A model generated the notes under the pieces. It was not told the origin of the DNA. It was given only the letters and a program-made list of their open reading frames with translations, and did not search any database. Below, piece by piece: positions 1-9,147 of a stretch of DNA of 64,000 nucleotides. This DNA comes from a virus: positions 1-64,000 of IMG/VR virus record IMGVR_UViG_3300037319_000172; one strand, given 5' to 3'. The position numbers and the translations under genes are program-made. Position 1 is the first letter of the stretch, and every line of letters begins with the position of its first letter.

Positions 1-776
1 TCTCTCCACCACATTTCGTGATACCTTGAAACCTCATCTGCATCTGTTAATTTATATTTGTTCTTTAATTCTTCAACCTTCTTAATAAATTTTGCTTTAT
101 TCTTATCAAAGTCAAGATCTTTACCTAATTTAACAATTTGAGGTGGAATTATCGTAAATACCTTTCCAATATTTGCGTTAACTTTAGTAAGAGCAGATAC
201 TATAGACTTAGCTGGAGAATCATCTTGTCCGATAATGTTTCCAGCTCCGTCTGTTTTTTTAATACCATGAAATTGTATAAGATCTCTATCATAATAAATT
301 ACGTTAGGATTCTTAGAGTATATTAATTCCATGTTCATGAAGTTTAATCCATTATCAAATACTTCTAAATCTTTTGCAGATAATTTAGTTAATGCTTTTG
401 CTAAATCTTCAGCTGCGAATTGGAAAGTGTCTTCAACCATCTTAGATGGATGTCCTTCAAACTTTTGCTTAAACGTTTTAAGATTCATTGGATTCTTTAA
501 CCCTCCTTTGTTTCTTGCAAATTTAACTTCACCATCTTGATATGTTGCAAATACATTCTGACCATCTGTCTTCTCGGTAGGGTCTTCTTCGAAGTTGAGT
601 TCACCACTCAGGCCTGCCTCTATGATTTTCTTGAAATCTCCAAATGTTAAGTCCTTCTCGTCAAAGGGGTGACTCATGTGACCCGCTGCACCTCCTTCGA
701 GTATAAGACTTGAATCATTAAATTGATTAGAAGTTTTTTCTACTAGAAATTCGTGAAATGATAGAAGCTTATTCAT
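1..776 (-). CDS. Conserved phage protein with capsid-targeting-like N-terminus and ATP-dependent ligase/nucleotidyltransferase-like motifs (runs off the window edge; absent from the ORF track)
   Basis: Manual translation from ATG at 776 gives MNKLLSFHEFLVE...LILEGGAAGHMSHPFD...TEKTDGQNVFATYQDGEVKFARNKGG...NMELIY...IQFHGI, open to position 1. It has a KxDG motif-I-like segment. Confidence 0.8.
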   Translation of the reverse strand, partial: MNKLLSFHEFLVEKTSNQFNDSSLILEGGAAGHMSHPFDEKDLTFGDFKKIIEAGLSGELNFEEDPTEKTDGQNVFATYQDGEVKFARNKGGLKNPMNLKTFKQKFEGHPSKMVEDTFQFAAEDLAKALTKLSAKDLEVFDNGLNFMNMELIYSKNPNVIYYDRDLIQFHGIKKTDGAGNIIGQDDSPAKSIVSALTKVNANIGKVFTIIPPQIVKLGKDLDFDKNKAKFIKKVEELKNKYKLTDADEVSRYHEMWWR

Positions 777-779
777 ATA

Positions 780-1124
780 TTATTTTAAAGTATATTTTAA
801 AATTGCAAAAGACCCCTTACCTTCTAAATTAACTGAAATCTTACCTTTTGATAATTTTTCAACTTCTTTTTTAGTTTCGTCAGGGGTTTGTGCTGCTTTG
901 TAAAATACGTTTTTAATATTAGTTGATTGACCAGACTTGGCTTTAAATTTAGAAACTAAATCCCCGCCTTGATATCCTACTCCACCTACATTTACCCAAC
1001 CTCTTGTTGAATTATAATAAACTGCATAGTCTGGTTTTGCATTTAGTATTAAATCAACTAGCATTTTATAATCAGAAGAGCTTGCTTCGTTAATAAACTG
1101 TTCGTATAGTTTTATAGTTTTCAT
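780..1124 (-). CDS. Putative internal head (virion-packaged) protein
   Basis: N-terminus MKTIKLYEQFINE matches the shared motif family. Confidence 0.6.
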   Translation of the reverse strand: MKTIKLYEQFINEASSSDYKMLVDLILNAKPDYAVYYNSTRGWVNVGGVGYQGGDLVSKFKAKSGQSTNIKNVFYKAAQTPDETKKEVEKLSKGKISVNLEGKGSFAILKYTLK

Positions 1125-1141
1125 AGTCGTTTACTTAATTT

Positions 1142-1495
1142 TTATAGAGCTTTAATAAAATCAATAGCTTCTTGAAAATCTAAAAATTCTGCCGAATCAG
1201 TTGCTTCTATTTCAGCTTCCATTTCTTCAAAATCATCTGTTGAGATTCCTCCAACTTCTTCAGCATATTCTGCCTTCCACTTAGTATACTCTGTATTATA
1301 TACGTTGATGTCCTTACCTTCAAGTTCAACAGTATATGTGTCCTTGTTAGGTGCTGTGAAAGAATAAGATTTTCCAGATTTCTTTAATTTAGAAATGTTA
1401 GAAAGTTTACCTAATTCTGCAAATAGGTTTTTAAATTCAGCTGCACTAGTTTCGTTTACTGCTGTGAATGCTTCAAATAATTGTACGTGTTTCAT
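1142..1495 (-). CDS. Putative internal head protein
   Basis: N-terminus MKHVQLFEAFTAVNE; late promoter GATAAATA at 1533-1540. Confidence 0.6.
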   Translation of the reverse strand: MKHVQLFEAFTAVNETSAAEFKNLFAELGKLSNISKLKKSGKSYSFTAPNKDTYTVELEGKDINVYNTEYTKWKAEYAEEVGGISTDDFEEMEAEIEATDSAEFLDFQEAIDFIKAL

Positions 1496-1532
1496 AATAA
1501 TTGTTTATTTAATTTAATTTAATTGGTTTACT

Positions 1533-1540
1533 TATTTATC
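1533..1540 (-). promoter_or_regulatory. Late-type promoter (GATAAATA)
   Basis: One of about 18 intergenic RATAWATA octamers upstream of structural genes; resembles T4 late TATAAATA. Confidence 0.6.
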
Positions 1541-1544
1541 TTCT

Positions 1545-1985
1545 TTATATATCCATTGCGTCGTCGTAATCGCAAACAATACCTTTTTTTGTTAATTGCT
1601 TACAAATAACATCTAATTCTTTTTCGTTGTATTTGTAAGGTGCTTCTTCTTTAATGCCTATGTTTTTTAGAAAAAGATTAGTTTCTTCTAATGTTAATTT
1701 AGCAGCTTTACCTACATTTGATGTTTTAGCAACGTCAAATAAAGATGTTCCATAGAATTTATCATTTCTTTCAATATATGTAAATCTAATTCCTTTTACT
1801 TTGAATTTTTTGCCTTTAGCAGAAAAAGCCTGCGCTTCATCAATACCTGATCCTATTGTCGCTGTTGCGTAATGTGCTGTAAATTCTTCTCTTGTCATTC
1901 CAAGTTTCTGAGCTTGCATACCTACGAAATCATATTCGTTATATATAGTCTCCGTGTATTCTTCAAATAGTTTTATGTATTTCAT
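1545..1985 (-). CDS. Putative internal head protein
   Basis: N-terminus MKYIKLFEEYTE; internal IDE/ boundary followed by a basic domain. Confidence 0.55.
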   Translation of the reverse strand: MKYIKLFEEYTETIYNEYDFVGMQAQKLGMTREEFTAHYATATIGSGIDEAQAFSAKGKKFKVKGIRFTYIERNDKFYGTSLFDVAKTSNVGKAAKLTLEETNLFLKNIGIKEEAPYKYNEKELDVICKQLTKKGIVCDYDDAMDI

Positions 1986-1988
1986 AAT

Positions 1989-2021
1989 GTAAATATAAGA
2001 AAAAAGATTGACCCGGGAAAA
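1989..2021 (-). promoter_or_regulatory. Early-type (host sigma70-like) promoter, probably leaderless
   Basis: Minus strand TTTTCCCGGGTCAATCTTTTTTCTTATATTTAC-ATT-ATG; same TATATTTAC core and TTTT...TCA spacing as 43210, 60367 and 61044. Confidence 0.5.
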
Positions 2022-2040
2022 CCTAGAGCAATCTTTTTTT
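2000..2040. terminator. Intrinsic terminator hairpin, possibly bidirectional
   Basis: Inverted repeat AAAAAAGATTG...CAATCTTTTTT just downstream of the 2052-3839 gene. Confidence 0.6.
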
Positions 2041-2051
2041 ATTTTTTTTGT

Positions 2052-3839
2052 TTATCCTAATGATGATGTTAACATTCCGATTGCAGCACCGTAATCTCCG
2101 TCTGATTTTGATAGTATTCCATCAATTACCTCTCCAGCTTTAGCTTCGTCATATTCATCTCCAAATGCCTTTTGTAATACTGTTTCTGCGTATTCTTTAA
2201 ATTCTTTATCAGAATTTATTTCTTCTTCATTAACAACTGATTCTTTAATACCTAATTCTTTTAAAGACTTAACATACTCTCCAGCTTCTTCTTCATCGTC
2301 TCCTGCATACGCTAATAATCCTGCAGATATTAATCTTTTATAGATTTCATTTTCAACCATTCCAAAAGAAATTGAATTGCTTGAATTTCCCCAAGTATCT
2401 TCTACAGATTCTGGATCAATCCATCCATAACCTCTTTTAATTTCTTTAATCATGTCAGCTAAATCCTTTTCAAATATAGTTACAGCTTCATTAACTAATG
2501 ATTCTTTAACGTATACTGAAAATGTATCTTCAACATCATGTTGGTATGCATCATGGTCTATCCTTCCTTCTCCACCGTCTTGATCTGAGAACGAGCTTAA
2601 AAACTCGGTAGCAGCATCTTCTAATTTATCTGCTTTTAATAATTTTACAATAGCTTTCATATCTGGATCGCCATACATTCCTTCTTCTTCTAAGTTACTC
2701 ATTATATTTGAGAAATCCTTTTGAAGTTCTTTTAAGTTAACTTTTCCTTCTTTTAAGTCTTCATCTTCTACTTCAGGATGCATCTTCTTAATCTCTTCAT
2801 CACTAACTCCGTCTTTCTTCATTTTCTTAGCGTGAGCTGGCATTTCTTCAGTTAATTCTTCGTTAGATTCTTCGATGTATTCTGCTAAATCAGCATCATC
2901 CCATCCGTCTTCACTTGCTAAAACAGAAACTAAATCTTTTCTTTTTCCTTTAAGTTCAATTTCCGGAAATCCAGAAGGACCTTCCTTGTTAACAACTTTC
3001 ATTGTTACTTTATATTTCTTTAATAGTTTAGCAAGATCCTTTGAGTCGGGATCAGTTGCATCCATTATAACTGTAGATTCGTTTGTTGACTTTGCTTCGT
3101 TTAATTTAGTATCAATATCTACTCTTAAATCATTACCCTCAAACTTAGAGTTAAATGCAGTTATTAAACCGTATCCCATCTTTTCTTGATTTAAAGTCTC
3201 TAGGTATAAAGCAGTACCTTCAACGATACCCATACCTGACCATCCAGCTGCATTTGCAATATCTGAATAATACTTGTCTAACATTGTTTTAATAGTATTA
3301 GGTCCAATCTTTATGAAATGTCCTCCTAATCCAGGCATTTTAATCTCTAAAGGTTTAATAGAACCTTTAATGAATTTTGCAATTGCGTTTCCTTCTCTTG
3401 AGAAGTTAGCATCTTCCATTGCTTCTTGAAACAAATACTTGATAGTTCCTAACTTTGACTCAGATGACATTGCTCCAAAATCAACTAATACTTTATTAAA
3501 TATTTTATTGTATTGTGTAACAACTTTCTTAGCGTCTCTTTTACCTTCAACCTTTAAAGCTTCAGAAACTTCTCCATCTTCATCTTGTTCAGCGTTAACT
3601 TCAGGTTCTACTTCTTCTGTTGATTCTGCTTCTCCAAATAACTTTTCAATTAGTTTAGTTTTTTGGTCTTTATCTAATCCATCAAGCGATGTGATTTCCA
3701 TTGAATCTAATATAGATGCAATTTTAGTAGATAATTCTGCTTTTTTACCTGTGTTTTCTTCCTTTAACTTGATAGCTGAATCAGCTGCTAATATGTCCGT
3801 GAAAGACTTAAAGGATTTTATTTTGTTAGATTCTGCCAT
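2052..3839 (-). CDS. Acidic modular internal head/core polyprotein-like protein
   Basis: N-terminus KIKSFKSF; E/D-rich linkers; repeated KES(L/V)VNE, KLNE and LTEE boundaries; late promoter at 3875-3882. Confidence 0.6.
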   Translation of the reverse strand: MAESNKIKSFKSFTDILAADSAIKLKEENTGKKAELSTKIASILDSMEITSLDGLDKDQKTKLIEKLFGEAESTEEVEPEVNAEQDEDGEVSEALKVEGKRDAKKVVTQYNKIFNKVLVDFGAMSSESKLGTIKYLFQEAMEDANFSREGNAIAKFIKGSIKPLEIKMPGLGGHFIKIGPNTIKTMLDKYYSDIANAAGWSGMGIVEGTALYLETLNQEKMGYGLITAFNSKFEGNDLRVDIDTKLNEAKSTNESTVIMDATDPDSKDLAKLLKKYKVTMKVVNKEGPSGFPEIELKGKRKDLVSVLASEDGWDDADLAEYIEESNEELTEEMPAHAKKMKKDGVSDEEIKKMHPEVEDEDLKEGKVNLKELQKDFSNIMSNLEEEGMYGDPDMKAIVKLLKADKLEDAATEFLSSFSDQDGGEGRIDHDAYQHDVEDTFSVYVKESLVNEAVTIFEKDLADMIKEIKRGYGWIDPESVEDTWGNSSNSISFGMVENEIYKRLISAGLLAYAGDDEEEAGEYVKSLKELGIKESVVNEEEINSDKEFKEYAETVLQKAFGDEYDEAKAGEVIDGILSKSDGDYGAAIGMLTSSLG

Positions 3840-3913
3840 TTTAAATAAATTTATTTATGTTTTTATATGTATAGTATATATCTACTTAAAATATACTCTA
3901 TTAATATATGATA

Positions 3914-4555
3914 TTATCTGGAAATGCTCACGCTTATTCCATTGGGTTTAACTTCTGCTGTTTTCTTTTCATCTAAATTAACAGTTACTTTTTTGGAAAG
4001 TTTTACTCTAAAAGTGTCTGACCAAGGTACGAATAAATTACCTTCAGCGACTACTTCTAACTTAATAGTTCCAGTGTCTCCTTCTTTTAGAATTCCTAAC
4101 TTTTTTATAGGAACATTACATTTTCCATTTAAGATAGTTCCATCAAAAACAAGAGACCATTCTTTTGTTTCAATAATGATTCTAGAAAAACTATTTTCAG
4201 GAGAAGCTCCTTCAATTTCAATATCACATGAGAATTCCTCGTTAATATCTTTATATAGTTTATAGCTTTCGTCTTCTTCTACTAAAGGAATTTCTTCAGG
4301 AATTGTCTCTATAATTACTTCTTCTTTTATAGCTTCTTTTTCTATAACTTCTTCTACAATCTGATTTGGTAAAATAGGAAGTTCTTTAGTTTCAATAACT
4401 TTTTCTTCTTTTACTGCCTCTTTATATATTGGCATAGATTCTCCTTCAAAAACAGGGGCAACATTCTCTGTTTTTTGCTGTACTTGTTTTTTAGTAGAAG
4501 TCTCAGTTTCTACTCCTTTAAAGTCAGTATAACTAGTTACATGTCGATTTTTCAT
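3914..4555 (-). CDS. Hypothetical late protein (acidic linker plus C-terminal beta-rich domain)
   Basis: N-terminus RHVTSYTDF; EE-rich low-complexity middle; late promoter at 4584-4591. Confidence 0.5.
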   Translation of the reverse strand: MKNRHVTSYTDFKGVETETSTKKQVQQKTENVAPVFEGESMPIYKEAVKEEKVIETKELPILPNQIVEEVIEKEAIKEEVIIETIPEEIPLVEEDESYKLYKDINEEFSCDIEIEGASPENSFSRIIIETKEWSLVFDGTILNGKCNVPIKKLGILKEGDTGTIKLEVVAEGNLFVPWSDTFRVKLSKKVTVNLDEKKTAEVKPNGISVSISR

Positions 4556-4604
4556 ATTAGATTACTTAATTTTTATTATACTTTATATATTAATTAAAAA
4601 AAAC

Positions 4605-4943
4605 TTATTTTTTAAAACTAACTTTTACTGTAATGCTTTCTCTTATTGCTTTTTTAACAAATATCTCAAAATCAAATCCTGTTACTTTAATATCATCGTT
4701 AATTTCTCTAGACTCGTCATACTCAATACCTTTATAGTTACAATAGAGTTTAATAACTCTTTTGGTCTTTTCATCTCCAATCTCTTTCTGTAACTTTTTC
4801 CAAGGATCACTATATGTTGAATATCCTCCGCCTCCGGTTACTATTCTGTCTACTTCAATAAGGACAGAAACATCAGACCATTTCTGGTTGATGTTTTTAA
4901 AGAGGCCTAACTCTTTCCATTTGAGAAATCTTTTATTTGCCAT
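4605..4943 (-). CDS. Hypothetical phage protein
   Basis: 112 aa ORF, co-oriented and tightly packed. Confidence 0.6.
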   Translation of the reverse strand: MANKRFLKWKELGLFKNINQKWSDVSVLIEVDRIVTGGGGYSTYSDPWKKLQKEIGDEKTKRVIKLYCNYKGIEYDESREINDDIKVTGFDFEIFVKKAIRESITVKVSFKK

Positions 4944-4960
4944 TAGACCTTTTACTTGTT

Positions 4961-6403
4961 TTAATTAAAATCTACATACCTTACATAAACCTGTGCTGCT
5001 GCTGTTGCGGTTGATACTTTAGCATCCCACTCCATGTCGGTGTATGCTGCGATGTGAGAACTATATCCGCTAGAGGCAGACTTACCTGCATAAGGATTAG
5101 TTGTTCCTGCATTAGAACCATACATTGGATTTCCTCTAAACTCTACTTGAGTTGTAGTCGCAACAATAGAATTCATTCTAGCTGCTAACATAAGCATCTT
5201 GCCTGAGAATCCAAAGTCTTGATATTCTCCAGGCTTACCATCAGGTAATGTAGGTGCTAATACCTCTACTGAAATAGCTTCTAATGCTGCTATTGCAGAT
5301 GGAGTAACTTCTATTTTATCAATTAATACAGTAGACTCAAATATAACTTTTCTAGATAATGCACTAGATATTAAAGTAATAAATGTTCCTTCACCTTCAA
5401 TAAGTTGAAGCATTAAGGTTTGATTATCTGCAATTAATCCCATTGATATAGGGTTAGTAAGTGCAATACTTATCTCTGAACTTTCACTAAATAAGCTTAA
5501 AGTTGCTGGCTCATTTAATATTGCTATCATTGCAGCAGTGCTACTTGCTATCTTATTCATCGGAATAGGATCCGCAAATATTTGTTGTGTAGTTTCAAAT
5601 GTAGAACCATTTACTTCTGTTAAAATAAGTAGGATATCATAAATAGTATCATACAAAGTTTCTGAAGTTGACATCCAATCTACCCATACACTTTCATGTG
5701 ATGCAAAGTCTATTAACGCTGCCGGTATTGTAACAATTATTGATCTTGCTGCATCTGTAACAGTAGTTATACCTATTGTACTTCCAGCTAGTGCGTGTAC
5801 ACTATAATGATTATTTGCTAAGATAGTAAATGCAGATTCTTTAGCAACTATATCTTCCATTGCTGTTTTTGTTTCTACAACTATATCCATTGCTCCTTCA
5901 CTACTTACCAATGCTTCCATTGCATTTTCATTCTGTGCTATTTGATATGTTGCTGCTGGATCTGAAATAAGTTCATTTAAATTAGCATAGTCTCCCGGAT
6001 TTAATCCTGCGAATAATGTTACAATAGTCTTAATATTATTTTCATAATGAGGACTATTTATAAATAAATCCCATGAAATTCTGTTTTCAATAGCTATATT
6101 TAAAGCATCTAATGATATAGATATTTTATTCATTGCTACCAAGCTATTTGATATTGCTAATGCTGCAGATGTATTATTAAGTCTAGTTGATTCGAAAATT
6201 GCTTTATGTGCTTTTGCACTAACAGACATTGCTGTCATCGTTAACGTATTTGAAGCTATTCTATTTGTCTGACTTCTAGTAGATAATAAACTATAAAACT
6301 CAGCCAAATGGCCTTGGTTTGAAAGTCTAGACTCTAGGCCTAAACCATCTAAAGTTCCAGATTCTACTTCATTTAGTGTTTTTATTGCTCTTAGTGTTGG
6401 CAT
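4961..6403 (-). CDS. Ala/Met 10-residue-repeat protein, paralogue 1 (putative virion appendage)
   Basis: Colinear with 6438-7862 (shared GHLAEFYSLLST, KAHKAIFE, NIKTIVxLFAG, NPISMGL); xxAMxxxxxx repeats. Confidence 0.6.
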   Translation of the reverse strand: MPTLRAIKTLNEVESGTLDGLGLESRLSNQGHLAEFYSLLSTRSQTNRIASNTLTMTAMSVSAKAHKAIFESTRLNNTSAALAISNSLVAMNKISISLDALNIAIENRISWDLFINSPHYENNIKTIVTLFAGLNPGDYANLNELISDPAATYQIAQNENAMEALVSSEGAMDIVVETKTAMEDIVAKESAFTILANNHYSVHALAGSTIGITTVTDAARSIIVTIPAALIDFASHESVWVDWMSTSETLYDTIYDILLILTEVNGSTFETTQQIFADPIPMNKIASSTAAMIAILNEPATLSLFSESSEISIALTNPISMGLIADNQTLMLQLIEGEGTFITLISSALSRKVIFESTVLIDKIEVTPSAIAALEAISVEVLAPTLPDGKPGEYQDFGFSGKMLMLAARMNSIVATTTQVEFRGNPMYGSNAGTTNPYAGKSASSGYSSHIAAYTDMEWDAKVSTATAAAQVYVRYVDFN

Positions 6404-6437
6404 AATTTTATATTTGTTATATTATATATTAGTATTT

Positions 6438-7862
6438 TTAAAACGATACATAAGTTATTGTAATCCTAGCTGCTGCTGTTGCTGCGATAGAATTAATATC
6501 CCATTGAATATTAGTAAATGGTAAATTGATTATTGGGTATTCACTTGCTGCGTGAGTACCTGGACAAGCAAATGTTGCAGTTGATTGACCATCTCCTTTA
6601 AAGTAGTTATCAACTTTAGCGGCAGTAATAGAACCTATTCTAGCAGTTAACAATATAATATTACCTGGTAAACCTAAATCTTGGAATAATCCAATCTTAG
6701 TGTCAGGTGTTGGTCCTGTTAAGTCAATAGATAAGTCTTTTAATGTTTGAAGAGAGTCAGAACCTAAAGTTGTCATTGTTGCTATTAAAGAGGGAGAAGC
6801 AAAAATAGCTTCTTTAGCTAATGTGCTATTTAATAAGTCAGGGAATGAAGAAGAACCAATAAGGTCACTCATGATCTGTGCGTCTGCTGTAAATAATCCC
6901 ATTGAAATTGGGTTACTTAAAATAACACTAAACTTATAACTAGTAACCATTAAGTCTAATGCCGATGGCTCATTCATTACTGCTACTATTACAGCTCTAT
7001 TGCTTGCAACTTTAGACATTGTTACCTCATTACCAAATATTTGTTCTACTGTTGTAAACACTGTAGGGTCTATTTCTGTAAGTACAATTATCATACCATA
7101 TATGTTAATGGCTAAAGTTTCTGAAGTCTTCATTAAAGATTTCCAAAGAACTGGGTAAGAAGCCATTATTTTAAGAGCAGATGGAATACCTACTACTATT
7201 GATCTAGATTCATCAGTGACAGCTGACATAGCTATTGAACTTTGAGCCACTAAATTCATGCTTGCATTATTGTTAGCTACAATAGTTATAGCTGAAGTAT
7301 TTGCTGATATATCATCCATTGCAGTAAATGTATTTACCACTTTAGTCATAGCTACTGTACTATTTACAAGTGCAGTCATTGCAAAATCATTTCCCGCAAT
7401 TTCATAAGTTGCTGCAGGATCTTCTATCATTTCTTCGATAGAACTATATAAACTTGGATCTATTCCGGCAAATAATGCTACAATAGTTTTGATGTTTGAT
7501 TCATAATAAGGACTTTCTATAAAAATATTCCATGATATGTCGTTTTCAATAACTACGGTTAGTGCCTCTAGGCACATTGCCATTTTAGCCATAGCGATCG
7601 GACTATCTGCAACTGCTTGAGCTGCTGTCGTGTTATGGTTTGTTGCAGTTTCAAAAATAGCTTTATGTGCTTTTTCACTAAAAGCTATAGTTTCCATTGT
7701 TAATGCACTTGCTGCCATTCTTCGAGTTTGGCCTTTAGTAGATAATAAGCTATAAAATTCAGCTAAATGACCAGGATCTGCTAGTCTTGCCTGGAGGCCT
7801 GAACTATCTAATGTCCCTGCCTCTATTGCATTTAATGTTCTAAGTGCTTTTAATGTTATCAT
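6438..7862 (-). CDS. Ala/Met 10-residue-repeat protein, paralogue 2
   Basis: Tandem paralogue of 4961-6403. Confidence 0.6.
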   Translation of the reverse strand: MITLKALRTLNAIEAGTLDSSGLQARLADPGHLAEFYSLLSTKGQTRRMAASALTMETIAFSEKAHKAIFETATNHNTTAAQAVADSPIAMAKMAMCLEALTVVIENDISWNIFIESPYYESNIKTIVALFAGIDPSLYSSIEEMIEDPAATYEIAGNDFAMTALVNSTVAMTKVVNTFTAMDDISANTSAITIVANNNASMNLVAQSSIAMSAVTDESRSIVVGIPSALKIMASYPVLWKSLMKTSETLAINIYGMIIVLTEIDPTVFTTVEQIFGNEVTMSKVASNRAVIVAVMNEPSALDLMVTSYKFSVILSNPISMGLFTADAQIMSDLIGSSSFPDLLNSTLAKEAIFASPSLIATMTTLGSDSLQTLKDLSIDLTGPTPDTKIGLFQDLGLPGNIILLTARIGSITAAKVDNYFKGDGQSTATFACPGTHAASEYPIINLPFTNIQWDINSIAATAAARITITYVSF

Positions 7863-7882
7863 ATAATTTTATTTAATATTTG

Positions 7883-8506
7883 TTAATTAGTATATCCAGT
7901 AATTCTTGTTTCTTCGTATTCTATGTAATCGTTTAATATAGAGTCTTTAAATAAGTTAGAAGCATTTAAGTAATCTGGATGTGGAAGGTTTAATAACCAC
8001 TGTCCTATCGGAGCTGCTGTGTCAGGATGTACTGCCGTAAAACATGTTTCATCTTCGTCAGGCTCTGATATACTTTCTACATAAATAAATTGTCCTATAA
8101 ATTCAATAACAACAGAGTCATCAGCTACTGGTAATGGTGCTGCAGGACTTCTCAATACTCCTCTAGATTCATAAGGTAATGTTCTTAAAGAAGTAGCTCC
8201 TCTTTCTATTACTAAAGGAATTCCACTTAAAAGAGATACTCCGTTTACTGTACTTATATTGGTACCGTCAACTAAAGAATCTTGTTTTTTCAAAAACTCT
8301 GCAATAGATAATATACTTAAAGCTTTATCAGCATCAGATGTATTGTCTACGCTGTTTAACTGAGTTTCAACGTAATCCTTTGTGGCGTTAAACGCCGATA
8401 CAAGAGCATCCGCTGCTTCTTTTGTGAGAGTTGCTTCTGCAATTTGTGCTTGTACTGTATTATCTAGTACTACTAACGAATCTACTATGTCTTGATTTAC
8501 TGCCAT
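7883..8506 (-). CDS. Fibre-associated protein
   Basis: LNSVDNTSDADK and KQDSLVDGTNISTVNGVSLLSG segments are typical of phage fibre shaft proteins. Confidence 0.5.
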   Translation of the reverse strand: MAVNQDIVDSLVVLDNTVQAQIAEATLTKEAADALVSAFNATKDYVETQLNSVDNTSDADKALSILSIAEFLKKQDSLVDGTNISTVNGVSLLSGIPLVIERGATSLRTLPYESRGVLRSPAAPLPVADDSVVIEFIGQFIYVESISEPDEDETCFTAVHPDTAAPIGQWLLNLPHPDYLNASNLFKDSILNDYIEYEETRITGYTN

Positions 8507-8508
8507 TG

Positions 8509-8721
8509 TTATTTGTTTATAAATTTAAGGAATAAAGTTTTAGTTTCAATTGAGTTACTAACTACTGAAAACATTCCTGATACAACTGTATCACCTGCTT
8601 GAGTAACCCCATCTGCAACTGATTGTTCTATATTTGCTTTGGTTGTATTAACCGCAGATACTAACTCAGCGTTAGTATTCTGTAAAGCCATTATTGCTAT
8701 TTCTTCTGATGTCATTTCCAA
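8509..8721 (-). CDS. Small helical protein of the fibre cassette
   Basis: 70 aa ORF overlapping the upstream gene end. Confidence 0.5.
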   Translation of the reverse strand: MEMTSEEIAIMALQNTNAELVSAVNTTKANIEQSVADGVTQAGDTVVSGMFSVVSNSIETKTLFLKFINK

Positions 8722-9143
8722 TTATTGTTTATAGATTTAATAAATTCGGTTTGTTGCTTCATCATCATATCTGCACTATGTACCATTGGATAAATAGTAT
8801 CCTGGTCTCCAGTGTTCTTACCTGATAAATTGGAACCTATAATAGTACCTTTTGCGTTGATAGTACCTATGTTAGGTAAATTAGTAACAGTCTCGGGATA
8901 AGTTGTATCATCTCGTTCTGCGAATGTAACCCACCCATCTCTATCTTTATTAAGTGTTCTTAAATCGTTTTTACTATAAAAAACACCGTTAGATTGTAGG
9001 AACCCCTCAGCTTTAATGTAACCAGTAGTATCTAAATTACCATTTAAGGTATCCGAGGTGTTTTTCAACCTCGAATCCTTAACTGATTTAATTTCAGCTG
9101 CTATTCTTGCTACTACTAGCGCTATTTTTGATACTAAACTCAT
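8712..9143 (-). CDS. Fibre-like protein
   Basis: N-terminus MSLVSKIALVVARIAAEIKSV resembles that of 9148-9795; has NLSGKNTGDQ and LNGNL fibre-like motifs. Confidence 0.5.
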   Translation of the reverse strand: MSLVSKIALVVARIAAEIKSVKDSRLKNTSDTLNGNLDTTGYIKAEGFLQSNGVFYSKNDLRTLNKDRDGWVTFAERDDTTYPETVTNLPNIGTINAKGTIIGSNLSGKNTGDQDTIYPMVHSADMMMKQQTEFIKSINNNWK

Positions 9144-9147
9144 TTAA

